64,000 nt of DNA. It comes from a bacterium HR35 (lineage in GTDB: Bacteria > Patescibacteriota > Minisyncoccia > UBA6257 > HR35). The number at the start of each line of letters is the position of its first letter. Position 1 is the first letter of the stretch. The notes beneath the pieces were generated by a model. That model was not told the origin of the DNA. It did not search any database and saw nothing but the letters and a program-made list of their open reading frames with translations. A program made the translations under genes and the position numbers. Positions 20,792 to 29,866 of the stretch are shown here, in pieces. The stretch covers positions 16,034 to 80,033 of the forward strand of contig BEIL01000001.1 in assembly GCA_002898235.1 (NCBI GenBank), in the 5' to 3' direction.

Positions 20792-21554
20792 AAATTTATC
20801 ACATAGACAAAAACAAGAATTGATAAGAAAGAAAGCCTTGGAAATATTAGAAGAGCATAAAGAAGGAATAAAATATATGGATTTGGTTAGAAAAGTTAAG
20901 GAAAAATGTCCAGAAGTTAATCTAAATATAGTTAGATGGGAAGTATGGTATTTACCGAGAATATTCGAAGATGTAATAAAACCCGAAAGAGGACTTTTTA
21001 TTTTAAAAAAATATTATAAAGAAATTTCAAAAGGAGAAATAGATTTAAAAGAAAGGAGGATTTATAAAATAGATGAATCTGTTTTTTATCAATATTTTGC
21101 TGATTATTTAATGAATGAATTAGAAGAATGTACAAAAGCTATACCATTGGGAGGAAGTAGATTTCAAGATAAATGGGGAACACCAGATGTATTAGGAATA
21201 TATAAAATTTCTGAAACTGAGCCAATAAGACCTTTACCAGAAATAATAAGTGCCGAGATAAAAATTGATACTAATCAATTAATAACAGCTTTTGGCCAAG
21301 CTTGTGCTTATAAATTATTTAGCCATAAAGTTTATTTAGTTATACCTAAAAATGCTTCACCATTGGATTTGGGGAGATTAGAATCTTTATGTTTAAGATT
21401 TGGCATCGGTTTAATTACTTTTGATAGAAATAATTCTGAAAATCCAGATTTTAGAATAATAACAAGAGCAGTTAAAAGTGAACCAGATTATTTTTATGTT
21501 AATGAATATTTAAAAAGATTAGATAAAAAAGATTTAAAAGAGTTATTTGGATGA
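20781..21554 (+). CDS. putative winged-helix plus PD-(D/E)xK nuclease-like protein
   Basis: N-terminal wH-like region. The C-terminal region has a GTPDVLG....SAEIK arrangement compatible with a PD-(D/E)xK catalytic motif. Confidence 0.3.
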   Translation: MKNKNLSHRQKQELIRKKALEILEEHKEGIKYMDLVRKVKEKCPEVNLNIVRWEVWYLPRIFEDVIKPERGLFILKKYYKEISKGEIDLKERRIYKIDESVFYQYFADYLMNELEECTKAIPLGGSRFQDKWGTPDVLGIYKISETEPIRPLPEIISAEIKIDTNQLITAFGQACAYKLFSHKVYLVIPKNASPLDLGRLESLCLRFGIGLITFDRNNSENPDFRIITRAVKSEPDYFYVNEYLKRLDKKDLKELFG

Positions 21555-21558
21555 AATT

Positions 21559-21662
21559 ATGAATATAAAACTTATTTTAAAAAACATAGCAGAAAATATT
21601 GATTTTAATAATCTTCCATCTAATTGGCAGGGTTTTGATTTTGAGAGATTTTCTAATAATTA
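21559..21662 (+). pseudogene. duplicated 5' fragment of the res gene (34-codon relic ORF)
   Basis: Encodes MNIKLILKNIAENIDFNNLPSNWQGFDFERF, versus the Res N-terminus MNLRLILKNIAENIDFNNLPSNWQSFDFEGF. About 58 consecutive identical nt and 90 nt of overall similarity to 23177-23266. Confidence 0.7.
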
Positions 21663-21702
21663 AAAAATAAAAAGATTCAAGCCCTTGTGTTAAAATTAAA
21701 AT

Positions 21703-22695
21703 ATGATTAAGAATTTAAAGATTGAAAATTTTAAATCTATAAAAAGTGTTGAAATTGATTGTAAAAAAATTAATGTTTTTATAGGAGAACCTAATACTGG
21801 TAAGTCAAATATTTTAGAAGCTTTGGGGTTGATTTCTTTTGTACAATATTTTGGTAAATATATTGGGGGCAATAGTTCTGATGTGTTGAAAAAATTTGTA
21901 AGGTTTAAGTATATACAGGATTTATTTTTTAATAAAGATGTTTCGAAGGAAGTTATAGTTTCATTTCCGGAAGAAGTTTTTAAAATTAATCAAGTTTCAA
22001 TTTCATCTTTTGCTTTAACATTTAATAATCAAAATTTAGTTAGCTTTGATAATGTTGGAAACTTAAACTCACCTTTTCAACAATTTCAATCTAAATATGA
22101 TATTAAATTCTTCAGATATTTTTATAGAATAAATTTTCCTTCAAAGCTTTCAGGCGGACTTTTACCTCCGGATGGAGAAAATTTAGTTGAAGCTATTAGA
22201 ACAAATCCGGAACTTATGGATCTTATAGGGGAACTGTTAAGAGATTTTGGATATGAACTTTTATTAAGAGAGACAGAAGGAGAAATTGAAATAGTAAGAA
22301 AATTTAGAGCAACTTTATTAAGTTATCCATATAATTCAATTTCTGATACACTCCAAAGATTAATTTTTTATTTAACTGCTATAAAAACTAATAAAAATTC
22401 TGTTTTAGTTTTTGAAGAACCAGAAGCACATTCTTTTCCTTATTATGTAAGTAGTCTTTCAGAAATAATAGCCAACGACACAAATAACAATCAATATTTT
22501 ATTAGCACCCATAATCCATATTTTTTGATTTCTTTATTAGAAAAAACAGCTTATGAGGATATAAATGTATTTATCACAAAATTAGAGGAATATGAAACTA
22601 AATTGTTTAAAGTATCTGAAAAGGGTATAAAAGAAATGTTATCATTAGACAAAGATTTATTTTTAAATTTAGATGAATTTATAAATAAAAAATGA
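21703..22695 (+). CDS. AbiLi/RloA-like P-loop ATPase (AAA_21/OLD-family ABC-type ATPase)
   Basis: Walker A IGEPNTGKSN, Walker B/D-loop VLVFEEPEAHSFP, and H-loop ISTHNPYF. Confidence 0.6.
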   Translation: MIKNLKIENFKSIKSVEIDCKKINVFIGEPNTGKSNILEALGLISFVQYFGKYIGGNSSDVLKKFVRFKYIQDLFFNKDVSKEVIVSFPEEVFKINQVSISSFALTFNNQNLVSFDNVGNLNSPFQQFQSKYDIKFFRYFYRINFPSKLSGGLLPPDGENLVEAIRTNPELMDLIGELLRDFGYELLLRETEGEIEIVRKFRATLLSYPYNSISDTLQRLIFYLTAIKTNKNSVLVFEEPEAHSFPYYVSSLSEIIANDTNNNQYFISTHNPYFLISLLEKTAYEDINVFITKLEEYETKLFKVSEKGIKEMLSLDKDLFLNLDEFINKK

Positions 22696-23162
22696 TAACC
22701 TACGGCGAATGTAATACTGAATGTTTATTTTCTAAAGTTATTTTGGGACAAAAAGCAAAACATTTACAAGGTAAAGATAGAGTTGTTAAAAGGATAATGG
22801 ATGAGAATGGTGTATTGGGGATAATTGATTTAGATCCATCTAAACCTACAGGAAAATACTTAGAACAAATAAAGCGAATAGAACCTGTGTTTAATGAGAT
22901 TGATATAATTTTAAGAAAATTTAAATCTTCTTATTTGATTGAAATTTCTCCTTATTTTGAAGAATGGCTTGTAAATTTGTCAAGGAAAAGTAATGTGAGT
23001 CCAAAAGATTTTAATTTACCCGAAAATCCTAAAAAACTACACGAATTAATAAGCATTAAAGGAAGATTTGATAAATTAGAAGAAAGAATAGGAGGTCTTT
23101 TGGAAGCTATAATAAGCAAAAATAAAGAACACTTTAATAAATTAAAAAATAATATTAAATAA
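22692..23162 (+). CDS. AbiLii/RloB-like small protein (Toprim-like)
   Basis: N-terminus YGECNTECLF resembles the RloB cEGekTEpnYF motif, and GIIDLDP supplies a DxD. Translationally coupled to the ATPase (ATGA overlap). Confidence 0.4.
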   Translation: MITYGECNTECLFSKVILGQKAKHLQGKDRVVKRIMDENGVLGIIDLDPSKPTGKYLEQIKRIEPVFNEIDIILRKFKSSYLIEISPYFEEWLVNLSRKSNVSPKDFNLPENPKKLHELISIKGRFDKLEERIGGLLEAIISKNKEHFNKLKNNIK

Positions 23163-23176
23163 ATAAAATTTAATAA

Positions 23177-26044
23177 ATGAATTTAAGATTAATTTTAAAA
23201 AACATAGCAGAAAATATTGATTTTAATAATCTTCCATCTAATTGGCAGAGTTTTGATTTTGAAGGTTTTTCAAGGAGCAAAAAACTTTATGATTTTCAAA
23301 TTGAGGCTTTAGAAAACTTTTTAAAAGTTTTGTGGTTTTATTATGAGAAAGATTTTGATTATAGAGAAGGAGAAGGTTTAAATATTAATGACAAAAGGAA
23401 AGAAAAGTTATTTAAAGAATATTTAGATTATGATTTAAATCCAGAAGAGGTTTCTCTTAAATACAAAAAAGAAAAGAAAAATAAATTTATTTTTGAGTAT
23501 TATTTTTTAGAAAATGAAGAGATAAGTTTTAAACATTTTGTAAATAGAGCTGGATTTTGGATGGCAACAGGAAGCGGAAAAACATTAGTGATTATTAAAA
23601 TAATTGAATTTTTGAAAGAATTAATGAAGAGAAAGGAAATTCCTAATTTTGATATTTTATTTTTAACTCATAGAGAGGATTTAATAACACAATTTAAAAA
23701 ACATTTAGAGGAATTTAATGAGGGAAGGGAAAATAAAATTCAAGTTTATGATTTAAAAGATTATGAAAAACAAAAGCGGGGATTACTGAATGAAAATTTT
23801 ATTTTTTATTACCGAGCAGATTTATTTTCAGATGAAGAAAAAGAAAAAATTGTAGATTTTAAAAATTATTTTAATGATGGAAAGTGGTTTGTTATTTTAG
23901 ATGAAGCTCATAAAGGAGATACTGAAGAATCTGAAAGGCAACATATATTTTCTATTCTTTCGAAAAATGGATTTCTTTTTAATTTTTCAGCAACTTTTAG
24001 CGATGCTATTGATTTAATTACAACTTGCTTTGAATATAACCTATCAACATTTATTGAAAATGGTTATGGAAAGAAAATTTATATTTCTGATTATGAAGCA
24101 AAAGCTTTTAAAGAAGAATTTAAGCAAAAAGACAAACAAAAAATTATTTTAAAAGGGTTAATTCTTTTAACTTATATTAAAAAGGAGTTAAATAAAGTTA
24201 GAGAAAAAATCTCGAATGCTTATCATAATCCTTTACTTCTTGTTTTAGTAAATTCAGTAAATAAAGAAGATGCTGACTTGAAATTATTTTTTGAAGAAAT
24301 CAGAAATATAGCTGAAGGGAATTTTGATAAAAGTTTAATTGAAGAAGCAAAGGAAGAAATAAAAAAAGAATTTCAAGAAAAAGAAAATTTTGATATTCCA
24401 GGAGATGATAAATTAAAAATAGATTTTAATTTAGTCTCAAAAGTAACTTATAATGATATTTTGAAAAATGTTTTTAATTCTGATAGGCCGGGAAAGATAG
24501 AAATTTCTTATAGTCCTAAAGAAAAAGGAGAAGTGGCTTTTAAATTAAAAATCTCTGATTCACATTTTGCTTTAATGAAAACAGGAGATATGCCAGGTTG
24601 GCTTAAAGATTCTTTAAGTCAGTTTGAGGTTAATCATCTTTATGAAAATGAAAAATTTTTTGAAGAAATAAATAGTGATAGTTCTAAAATAAATATTTTA
24701 TTGGGATCAAGAGTTTTTTATGAAGGATGGGATTCAAATAGGCCAAATATTATTATGTTTATAAATATTGGAACACAAAAGGAAGCTAAAAAATTTGTTT
24801 TACAATCTGTAGGGAGAGGGATAAGAATTGAACCAATAAAAAATGAAAGAAAGAGGATTTTATATATTAAAGAAAAAATAGGAAAAGTTTTTGATGAGAT
24901 TAAAGATTATGTTTCTTCAATAGAAAGCTTGTTTATCTTTGGAACTAATAAAAGTGCCATTGAGACTATAATTACCGAAGTTAATGCAATTAAAGAAAAA
25001 ACATTTAAGGGTACAAAAATTTCTCTTTTCAAAAATATTGAAGCAATTAAAGAAAATGTCTTGTTAGTACCAAAATATAAAGAAGGAGAAAAAAGGATTT
25101 TTGAAGAAGAAGTTAGATATGGAATTTCTGAAGACGATTTTAAAAAGTTAAAGGAATTTAATGAATTTGTTAAAGATGATAGGGTTTTACTAGTAAATCT
25201 TGATACTGAACCTAAATTAGTTAAATATTTTAGAGAATCTTTACTTTATCAAAAACAATTAGTTAGTGGAAACTATTATAAAAAATCTGATTCAGAGAGA
25301 AACAATGTCGAGGTGATTTTAAGCGACCTTTTTAAGTTTTGGGGAACTAAGTTTCAAGATTTTGAAAAATTTAAGGAATTAGAGGATGAAATAAAGCATT
25401 TCGAAAATATTGTTATTGAAGAAGCTAAATTTAATGATTTTGAATCAATAAAAGAAGCAGTTATGGGTACAAAAAGGAGTTTGCCTTTTGAAAATTTGAA
25501 ATTAGAATATATAACTAATCATTATTATTTACCTCTTATTTTAAGTAAAGATGAAAAAATTGACTATATTAAGCACATAATTAAGACTAAAAGCGAAGTT
25601 GAATTCATAGAAAGGTTAGAAAATTATATAAATTTAAATAATAATAAATTTAAAAATTTTGATTGGTGGATGTTTAGCAAAATTGATGAAAGTTTAGATG
25701 AAGTTTATATTCCTTATTATGATGTTGAAAAAGGAGGTATAAGAGGGTTTAAACCAGATTTTATATTTTGGTTAAAGAAAGATAATAACTATTTTATTGT
25801 TTTTATTGATCCAAAATCAACAAAATTTACTGATTATGAAAATAAAATTTCTTGGTACAAAAGGTTATTTGAAGAGAATAACAAGCCGAGATTATTTAAA
25901 TATAAAAATTTAAATTGTTTTGTTTATTGCTTTTTATATACAGAAGATAAAGATAAAGTTATAAATTCTTCTTACAAAGATTACTGGTTTGAAAACATAG
26001 ATAAAGTGCTTGAAAAATTTGTCAATAAAAATAGGGGGCATTGA
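23177..26044 (+). CDS. res: Type III restriction enzyme Res subunit (SF2 DEAH helicase plus C-terminal nuclease)
   Basis: Walker A ATGSGKT, DEAH box ILDEAHKG, helicase motif VI-like QSVGRGIR, and a C-terminal PD..D/ExK-like region KPDFIFW...FIDPKS. Confidence 0.75.
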   Translation: MNLRLILKNIAENIDFNNLPSNWQSFDFEGFSRSKKLYDFQIEALENFLKVLWFYYEKDFDYREGEGLNINDKRKEKLFKEYLDYDLNPEEVSLKYKKEKKNKFIFEYYFLENEEISFKHFVNRAGFWMATGSGKTLVIIKIIEFLKELMKRKEIPNFDILFLTHREDLITQFKKHLEEFNEGRENKIQVYDLKDYEKQKRGLLNENFIFYYRADLFSDEEKEKIVDFKNYFNDGKWFVILDEAHKGDTEESERQHIFSILSKNGFLFNFSATFSDAIDLITTCFEYNLSTFIENGYGKKIYISDYEAKAFKEEFKQKDKQKIILKGLILLTYIKKELNKVREKISNAYHNPLLLVLVNSVNKEDADLKLFFEEIRNIAEGNFDKSLIEEAKEEIKKEFQEKENFDIPGDDKLKIDFNLVSKVTYNDILKNVFNSDRPGKIEISYSPKEKGEVAFKLKISDSHFALMKTGDMPGWLKDSLSQFEVNHLYENEKFFEEINSDSSKINILLGSRVFYEGWDSNRPNIIMFINIGTQKEAKKFVLQSVGRGIRIEPIKNERKRILYIKEKIGKVFDEIKDYVSSIESLFIFGTNKSAIETIITEVNAIKEKTFKGTKISLFKNIEAIKENVLLVPKYKEGEKRIFEEEVRYGISEDDFKKLKEFNEFVKDDRVLLVNLDTEPKLVKYFRESLLYQKQLVSGNYYKKSDSERNNVEVILSDLFKFWGTKFQDFEKFKELEDEIKHFENIVIEEAKFNDFESIKEAVMGTKRSLPFENLKLEYITNHYYLPLILSKDEKIDYIKHIIKTKSEVEFIERLENYINLNNNKFKNFDWWMFSKIDESLDEVYIPYYDVEKGGIRGFKPDFIFWLKKDNNYFIVFIDPKSTKFTDYENKISWYKRLFEENNKPRLFKYKNLNCFVYCFLYTEDKDKVINSSYKDYWFENIDKVLEKFVNKNRGH

Positions 26045-26074
26045 CGTGGGAGGAAACTTTTTGATAGTTTTTCG

Positions 26075-26103
26075 TTGACTGTTTATTATTTATTGCTATA
26101 ACA
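26075..26103 (+). promoter_or_regulatory. candidate sigma70-like promoter for the downstream phosphatase gene
   Basis: TTGACT at 26075-80, a 16 nt spacer, TATAAC at 26097-102, then ATG at 26109. Confidence 0.3.
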
Positions 26104-26108
26104 GAATA

Positions 26109-26633
26109 ATGAAAATTTATTTTGTTACACATTCGACAACGGTTGATAATGAGAAAAATATTGTTTCTGGATGGAATGATGTTGAGTTATCTGAAACTGG
26201 TAAAAAACAAGCAAAAGAAATTGCGAAAAGATTTGAAAATTTTAATTTGGATTTGATTTGCTGTTCTGATTTAAAAAGAGCAGTGGAGACAGTGAAAATT
26301 GCTTTCAATGATAAATACCCTGTTATTATTGATAAAAGATTAAGAGAAATAAATTATGGTGATTTTAGTGGTAAAGAAAAAACTTTCATTGATTCGATAA
26401 AACTCAATTATATAGAAAAACCATTTCCTAATGGAGAAAGTTTTAAAGACGCAATTGAAAGGGTGATTAATTTTTATAAAGAATTAAAAGAGAAATATAA
26501 TGATAAAGTTATTTTGATTGTTGGTCATCGAGCAACTCATTATGCTTTTGAAGTATTAATAAACAAGAAATTAATTGAAGAATGTTTAAAAATACCGTTT
26601 CAATGGCAGCCCTATTGGGACTATGAATTTTAA
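26109..26633 (+). CDS. histidine phosphatase (phosphoglycerate mutase-like) family protein
   Basis: N-terminus IYFVTHSTT...GW.D..LSETGKKQA and a later LIVGHRATH. The canonical Arg of RHG is replaced by Thr. Confidence 0.55.
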   Translation: MKIYFVTHSTTVDNEKNIVSGWNDVELSETGKKQAKEIAKRFENFNLDLICCSDLKRAVETVKIAFNDKYPVIIDKRLREINYGDFSGKEKTFIDSIKLNYIEKPFPNGESFKDAIERVINFYKELKEKYNDKVILIVGHRATHYAFEVLINKKLIEECLKIPFQWQPYWDYEF

Positions 26634-26641
26634 TAAAAGTT

Positions 26642-27178
26642 ATGTTAGATAAGTTTAAAGTGATTAAACGAAAAGTAAAGTATATTCGATTGGAAATTAA
26701 AGATTTTGGGGTGAGGGTGGTTGTGCCGGAGGGTTTTAATGGAGATGTTGAGAAAGTTATTGAGAGGCATAGAAGATGGTTGGAGAAAAAGCTTGCTTTG
26801 TTGAATGAGATAAAAAGCTTGAGTGAGAGATTGGAAATTTATAATCATAAAAATTTAGAAGAAATTGTTAGTGAATATATAAATGAAATTAGTCAGATTT
26901 TGAAGGTAAAACCAAAAGGAATTTATTTTAGGAATATGAAGGTAAGATGGGGAAGTTGTACTTTTGATGGAAGGTTGATTTTTAATAAAAAGTTAAAGTT
27001 TTTGCCAAAAGAATTAATAAGATATGTTGCTGTTCATGAAATGTGTCATTTGTTAATTAAAAATCATCGAAAAGAATTTTGGTTATTAGTTAAAAAATTA
27101 TGTCCAGAGTTTAAAAATTATCAAAAATTGTTGGCTTCCTATAGAATTAAAATATATAGCGATTATTCACTTAACTGA
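26642..27178 (+). CDS. YgjP-like metal-dependent hydrolase (DUF45/M48-like)
   Basis: RWGSCT motif and HEMCHLLIKNHRKEFW (HExxH...NH..FW). Confidence 0.65.
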   Translation: MLDKFKVIKRKVKYIRLEIKDFGVRVVVPEGFNGDVEKVIERHRRWLEKKLALLNEIKSLSERLEIYNHKNLEEIVSEYINEISQILKVKPKGIYFRNMKVRWGSCTFDGRLIFNKKLKFLPKELIRYVAVHEMCHLLIKNHRKEFWLLVKKLCPEFKNYQKLLASYRIKIYSDYSLN

Positions 27179-27187
27179 TAAGATGTA

Positions 27188-29182
27188 ATGAAAAAGAAAG
27201 TGTTTTTGCCTTTAATAATTTTATTAGGAATATTTGTTTTATTAATATTACAGAATTATGAAAATTTAAGTATCAAAGAAAAGTTGAATATTAAATTAAA
27301 AACAAGAGAAGCTCTTAAGATTTGCGATAATCTTTCAGAAGAACAAAAAGAAAGCTGTTATTGGAATCTTGCTAAATCTAAACAAAATTTATCGATTTGT
27401 GACAAGATTCAAAGAGAATGGATAAAAAATATCTGTTATTTGGATGTTGCTGAAGAAAAACAAGATTTATCTATTTGCGATAGAATACAGGATAAGACTA
27501 AAAAGGACTATTGTTATTTAAAAATTGCTGAGATGAAAAGGGACCCATCTATCTGTAACAAAATTCAAAATGAGGAAGAGGAAAGCTATGACGGAGATAA
27601 TAAGTATTTTAAAGATAATTGTTATTTAAAAATTGCACAAGCTAAACAAGATTTATCCATTTGTGATAGAATAAAGAATTCTTCCGTAAAAGATGATTGT
27701 TATAAATTACTTGCTATAATTAAACAAGATTTATCCATTTGTGATAAGTTATATTATTCAAATGAAAAAGACTATTGTTATTCAAGAGTTGCGCAAGTTA
27801 AACAAGATCCATCTATTTGCAATAAGATTGTTTGTAGTGAAATAAGTTCGTGGGATTGGTGTTTTAAAGATTTTTGTTATCAAAATATTGCTCAAACTAA
27901 AAAAGATGTATCTTTTTGTGAAAATATTAGAAATTTTTTATATGGAAAAAGTTTTTGCTATCAGGTAATAGGCGAAATTACTCAGAATTTATCTATTTGT
28001 GACAAAATTAGGGATGAAGAAAGAAGAGGATGGTGTTATCGATCAATTGCTGTTCTTCAACAAAATGCCTCTCTTTGCGAAAAGATAAACAATGAATACA
28101 TAAGAGATTATTGTTATTGGGACATTGCTTTAAATAATCAGAATCCACTTTTTTGTGAAAAATTGCACAATGAGAAAAATAAAAATCTTTGTTATTTAAA
28201 TGTTACCGAAGCTAAAAAAGAGACAAATTTATCAGAATATTCTAAGATAATTCAAAATTCGTTAGCAGATCAATTTATTGAAATAAGATTGGAAGATTTA
28301 AAAGAAGGGAAAAATAAGATAGGAGGTTTAACGATTGAACGAAAATTTATAACTACTTTAAGAGATGGATATAAGTTTATTATAAATAATTTAAAATATA
28401 TTATTAATTCAACAGGTTTAAACTGCGGTGCCTATCAATGTGGTGAAAGTTTTGAATTAAATATAGTAAAAAATGAAAACGATGATCAATCTCGAGTATT
28501 AAATTTCTGGATATCTGATTATGGAGGAGAAGTTTATTTTTTTAAATATCTAGATTTTATATATTTTATTGGAAGCACCATTGCAAAACCGAGAGGGCTT
28601 TGTTATCCTATTGAAGAGTCTATAATTTATTCAGCTTACAAAGATATGGTCGAAGATGAACAAGGTTTAAGACATACCCCATTATTAATAAAAAAGAATG
28701 GTAAGTTGTATCTTAAAGCAGAGAAAAATTTTTGTTATGAAGATTTTTGCGATTCAGTTTTAGAAAATATTGAGTCTTTAAAAAAAGAAGAGGATTTCTA
28801 TACACCTAAAAATCAGCGTTTTAGATGTTTTTGTTATGATTTTGACGAAACAGCACCCTGTGTTGATGAATATTATTTAATAGACAATGGCAAATTTATA
28901 GAAAGAAATCAAGATTTTAAATCAGAATATCTTGAAAAAGCAGAAAAATTTAAAAAAGAACTTCAGGAAAAACATTGGCAAAATGGTGATTGGATTTTGA
29001 CATTATTAAATAAAACACTAAACTTAATCTTTGCTGGTGAAGAAGAAAAGGCCTGGAGAGAATTTTTTGAAGATTTCCAGAGTCTTTCTCAAGCCTATCC
29101 TTTTGAAGGTATTGAAAAAATAAATCCTGATAAAATAAAAGAAGAAATTCAAAAAAATATAGCTAGAGAAAGTGGGTTTTGA
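27188..29182 (+). CDS. secreted protein with about 11 tandem roughly 30 aa Cys-containing repeats (LSICDKI...DYCY...A..KQD) plus a Cys-rich C-terminal domain
   Basis: Signal peptide. Repeats of the pattern KQ(D/N)LSICD(K/R)I(x7-9)(D/N)xCYxx(I/V)Axx between aa 40 and 330. Confidence 0.5.
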   Translation: MKKKVFLPLIILLGIFVLLILQNYENLSIKEKLNIKLKTREALKICDNLSEEQKESCYWNLAKSKQNLSICDKIQREWIKNICYLDVAEEKQDLSICDRIQDKTKKDYCYLKIAEMKRDPSICNKIQNEEEESYDGDNKYFKDNCYLKIAQAKQDLSICDRIKNSSVKDDCYKLLAIIKQDLSICDKLYYSNEKDYCYSRVAQVKQDPSICNKIVCSEISSWDWCFKDFCYQNIAQTKKDVSFCENIRNFLYGKSFCYQVIGEITQNLSICDKIRDEERRGWCYRSIAVLQQNASLCEKINNEYIRDYCYWDIALNNQNPLFCEKLHNEKNKNLCYLNVTEAKKETNLSEYSKIIQNSLADQFIEIRLEDLKEGKNKIGGLTIERKFITTLRDGYKFIINNLKYIINSTGLNCGAYQCGESFELNIVKNENDDQSRVLNFWISDYGGEVYFFKYLDFIYFIGSTIAKPRGLCYPIEESIIYSAYKDMVEDEQGLRHTPLLIKKNGKLYLKAEKNFCYEDFCDSVLENIESLKKEEDFYTPKNQRFRCFCYDFDETAPCVDEYYLIDNGKFIERNQDFKSEYLEKAEKFKKELQEKHWQNGDWILTLLNKTLNLIFAGEEEKAWREFFEDFQSLSQAYPFEGIEKINPDKIKEEIQKNIARESGF

Positions 29183-29244
29183 AGATGATATTTTTATGTT
29201 TAAGAGTGCGTTTTTTATTTTCAAAAATTATTATTTGATTTTTT

Positions 29245-29300
29245 TTCCAATACAAAACATTCTAACATTCTATAGAATGTTAGAATATTGTTTGGTATTA
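29245..29300. other. long palindrome (26 nt perfect core 29259-29285, TTCTAACATTCTA|TAGAATGTTAGAA, with imperfect extensions)
   Basis: Reverse-complement symmetry read directly. Lies between two plus-strand genes, preceded by a T-run and followed by an A-run. Could be a terminator-like hairpin or a protein-binding site. Confidence 0.4.
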
Positions 29301-29413
29301 AAAAAGATAAATAAAACGAGAATCAATGTAGTGATGCAGGATGTTTTGAGATTTTGATAATGTGCTTAATTAAAATTAATTTAATATGATATAATATAAT
29401 AGTTAATAATAGC

Positions 29414-29737
29414 ATGAAATTTTTTAGGATTTTGCGTAGGTTATTTAGTTTTCTTTCTTTAGCAAGTCTAGTTGTTTCTATTTTTCTTTTCTTTGGTGTT
29501 GGAATAAAGATTTCGCAAACTGAAAGTACAGGAACTTTGGATTTAAGAGGATTGGCTTATATTTTGCCATTTCTTTTTGTTGCTTTAAGTGTTGTCTTTT
29601 TAATACTTACTCTTATTTTTAGTTTAATAAAAAAGGATTCAAAATGGTCATTTGGAAAATTTTTCATTCGTTGGCTAATTCTTTTTATAGTTTCTTTAAT
29701 TAGTTTTGGTTTGTCTATATTAATAGCAAAAAGTTAG
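29414..29737 (+). CDS. small membrane protein (3 TM)
   Basis: 107 aa, hydrophobic, no motifs. Confidence 0.3.
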   Translation: MKFFRILRRLFSFLSLASLVVSIFLFFGVGIKISQTESTGTLDLRGLAYILPFLFVALSVVFLILTLIFSLIKKDSKWSFGKFFIRWLILFIVSLISFGLSILIAKS

Positions 29738-29746
29738 AAACATATT

Positions 29747-29818
29747 TGGGCGCAGGAGGATTTGAACCTCCGACCTCCTCGATGTGAACGAGGCGTTCTG
29801 CCACTGAACTATGCGCCC
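29747..29818 (-). tRNA. tRNA-Val (anticodon CAC)
   Basis: Reverse complement folds as a cloverleaf: acceptor GGGCGCA/TGCGCCC, D-stem GTTC/GAAC, anticodon stem CCTCG/CGAGG with loop TTCACAT, T-arm GGAGGTTCAAATCCTCC. Confidence 0.8.
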
Positions 29819-29866
29819 CTAAACATTTTTGTTTTTTTTGAATATCATTTAAAATATAAAATTGAA

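Noticed and set aside
29172-29357. 61 aa ORF spanning the long palindrome
   Set aside because: Low-complexity translation. The region is better explained as an intergenic palindromic element.
29762-29866. Upstream extension of the atpB ORF (track start 29762)
   Set aside because: It overlaps tRNA-Val on the opposite strand and has no a-subunit-like sequence. The start was reassigned to the Met at 29867.
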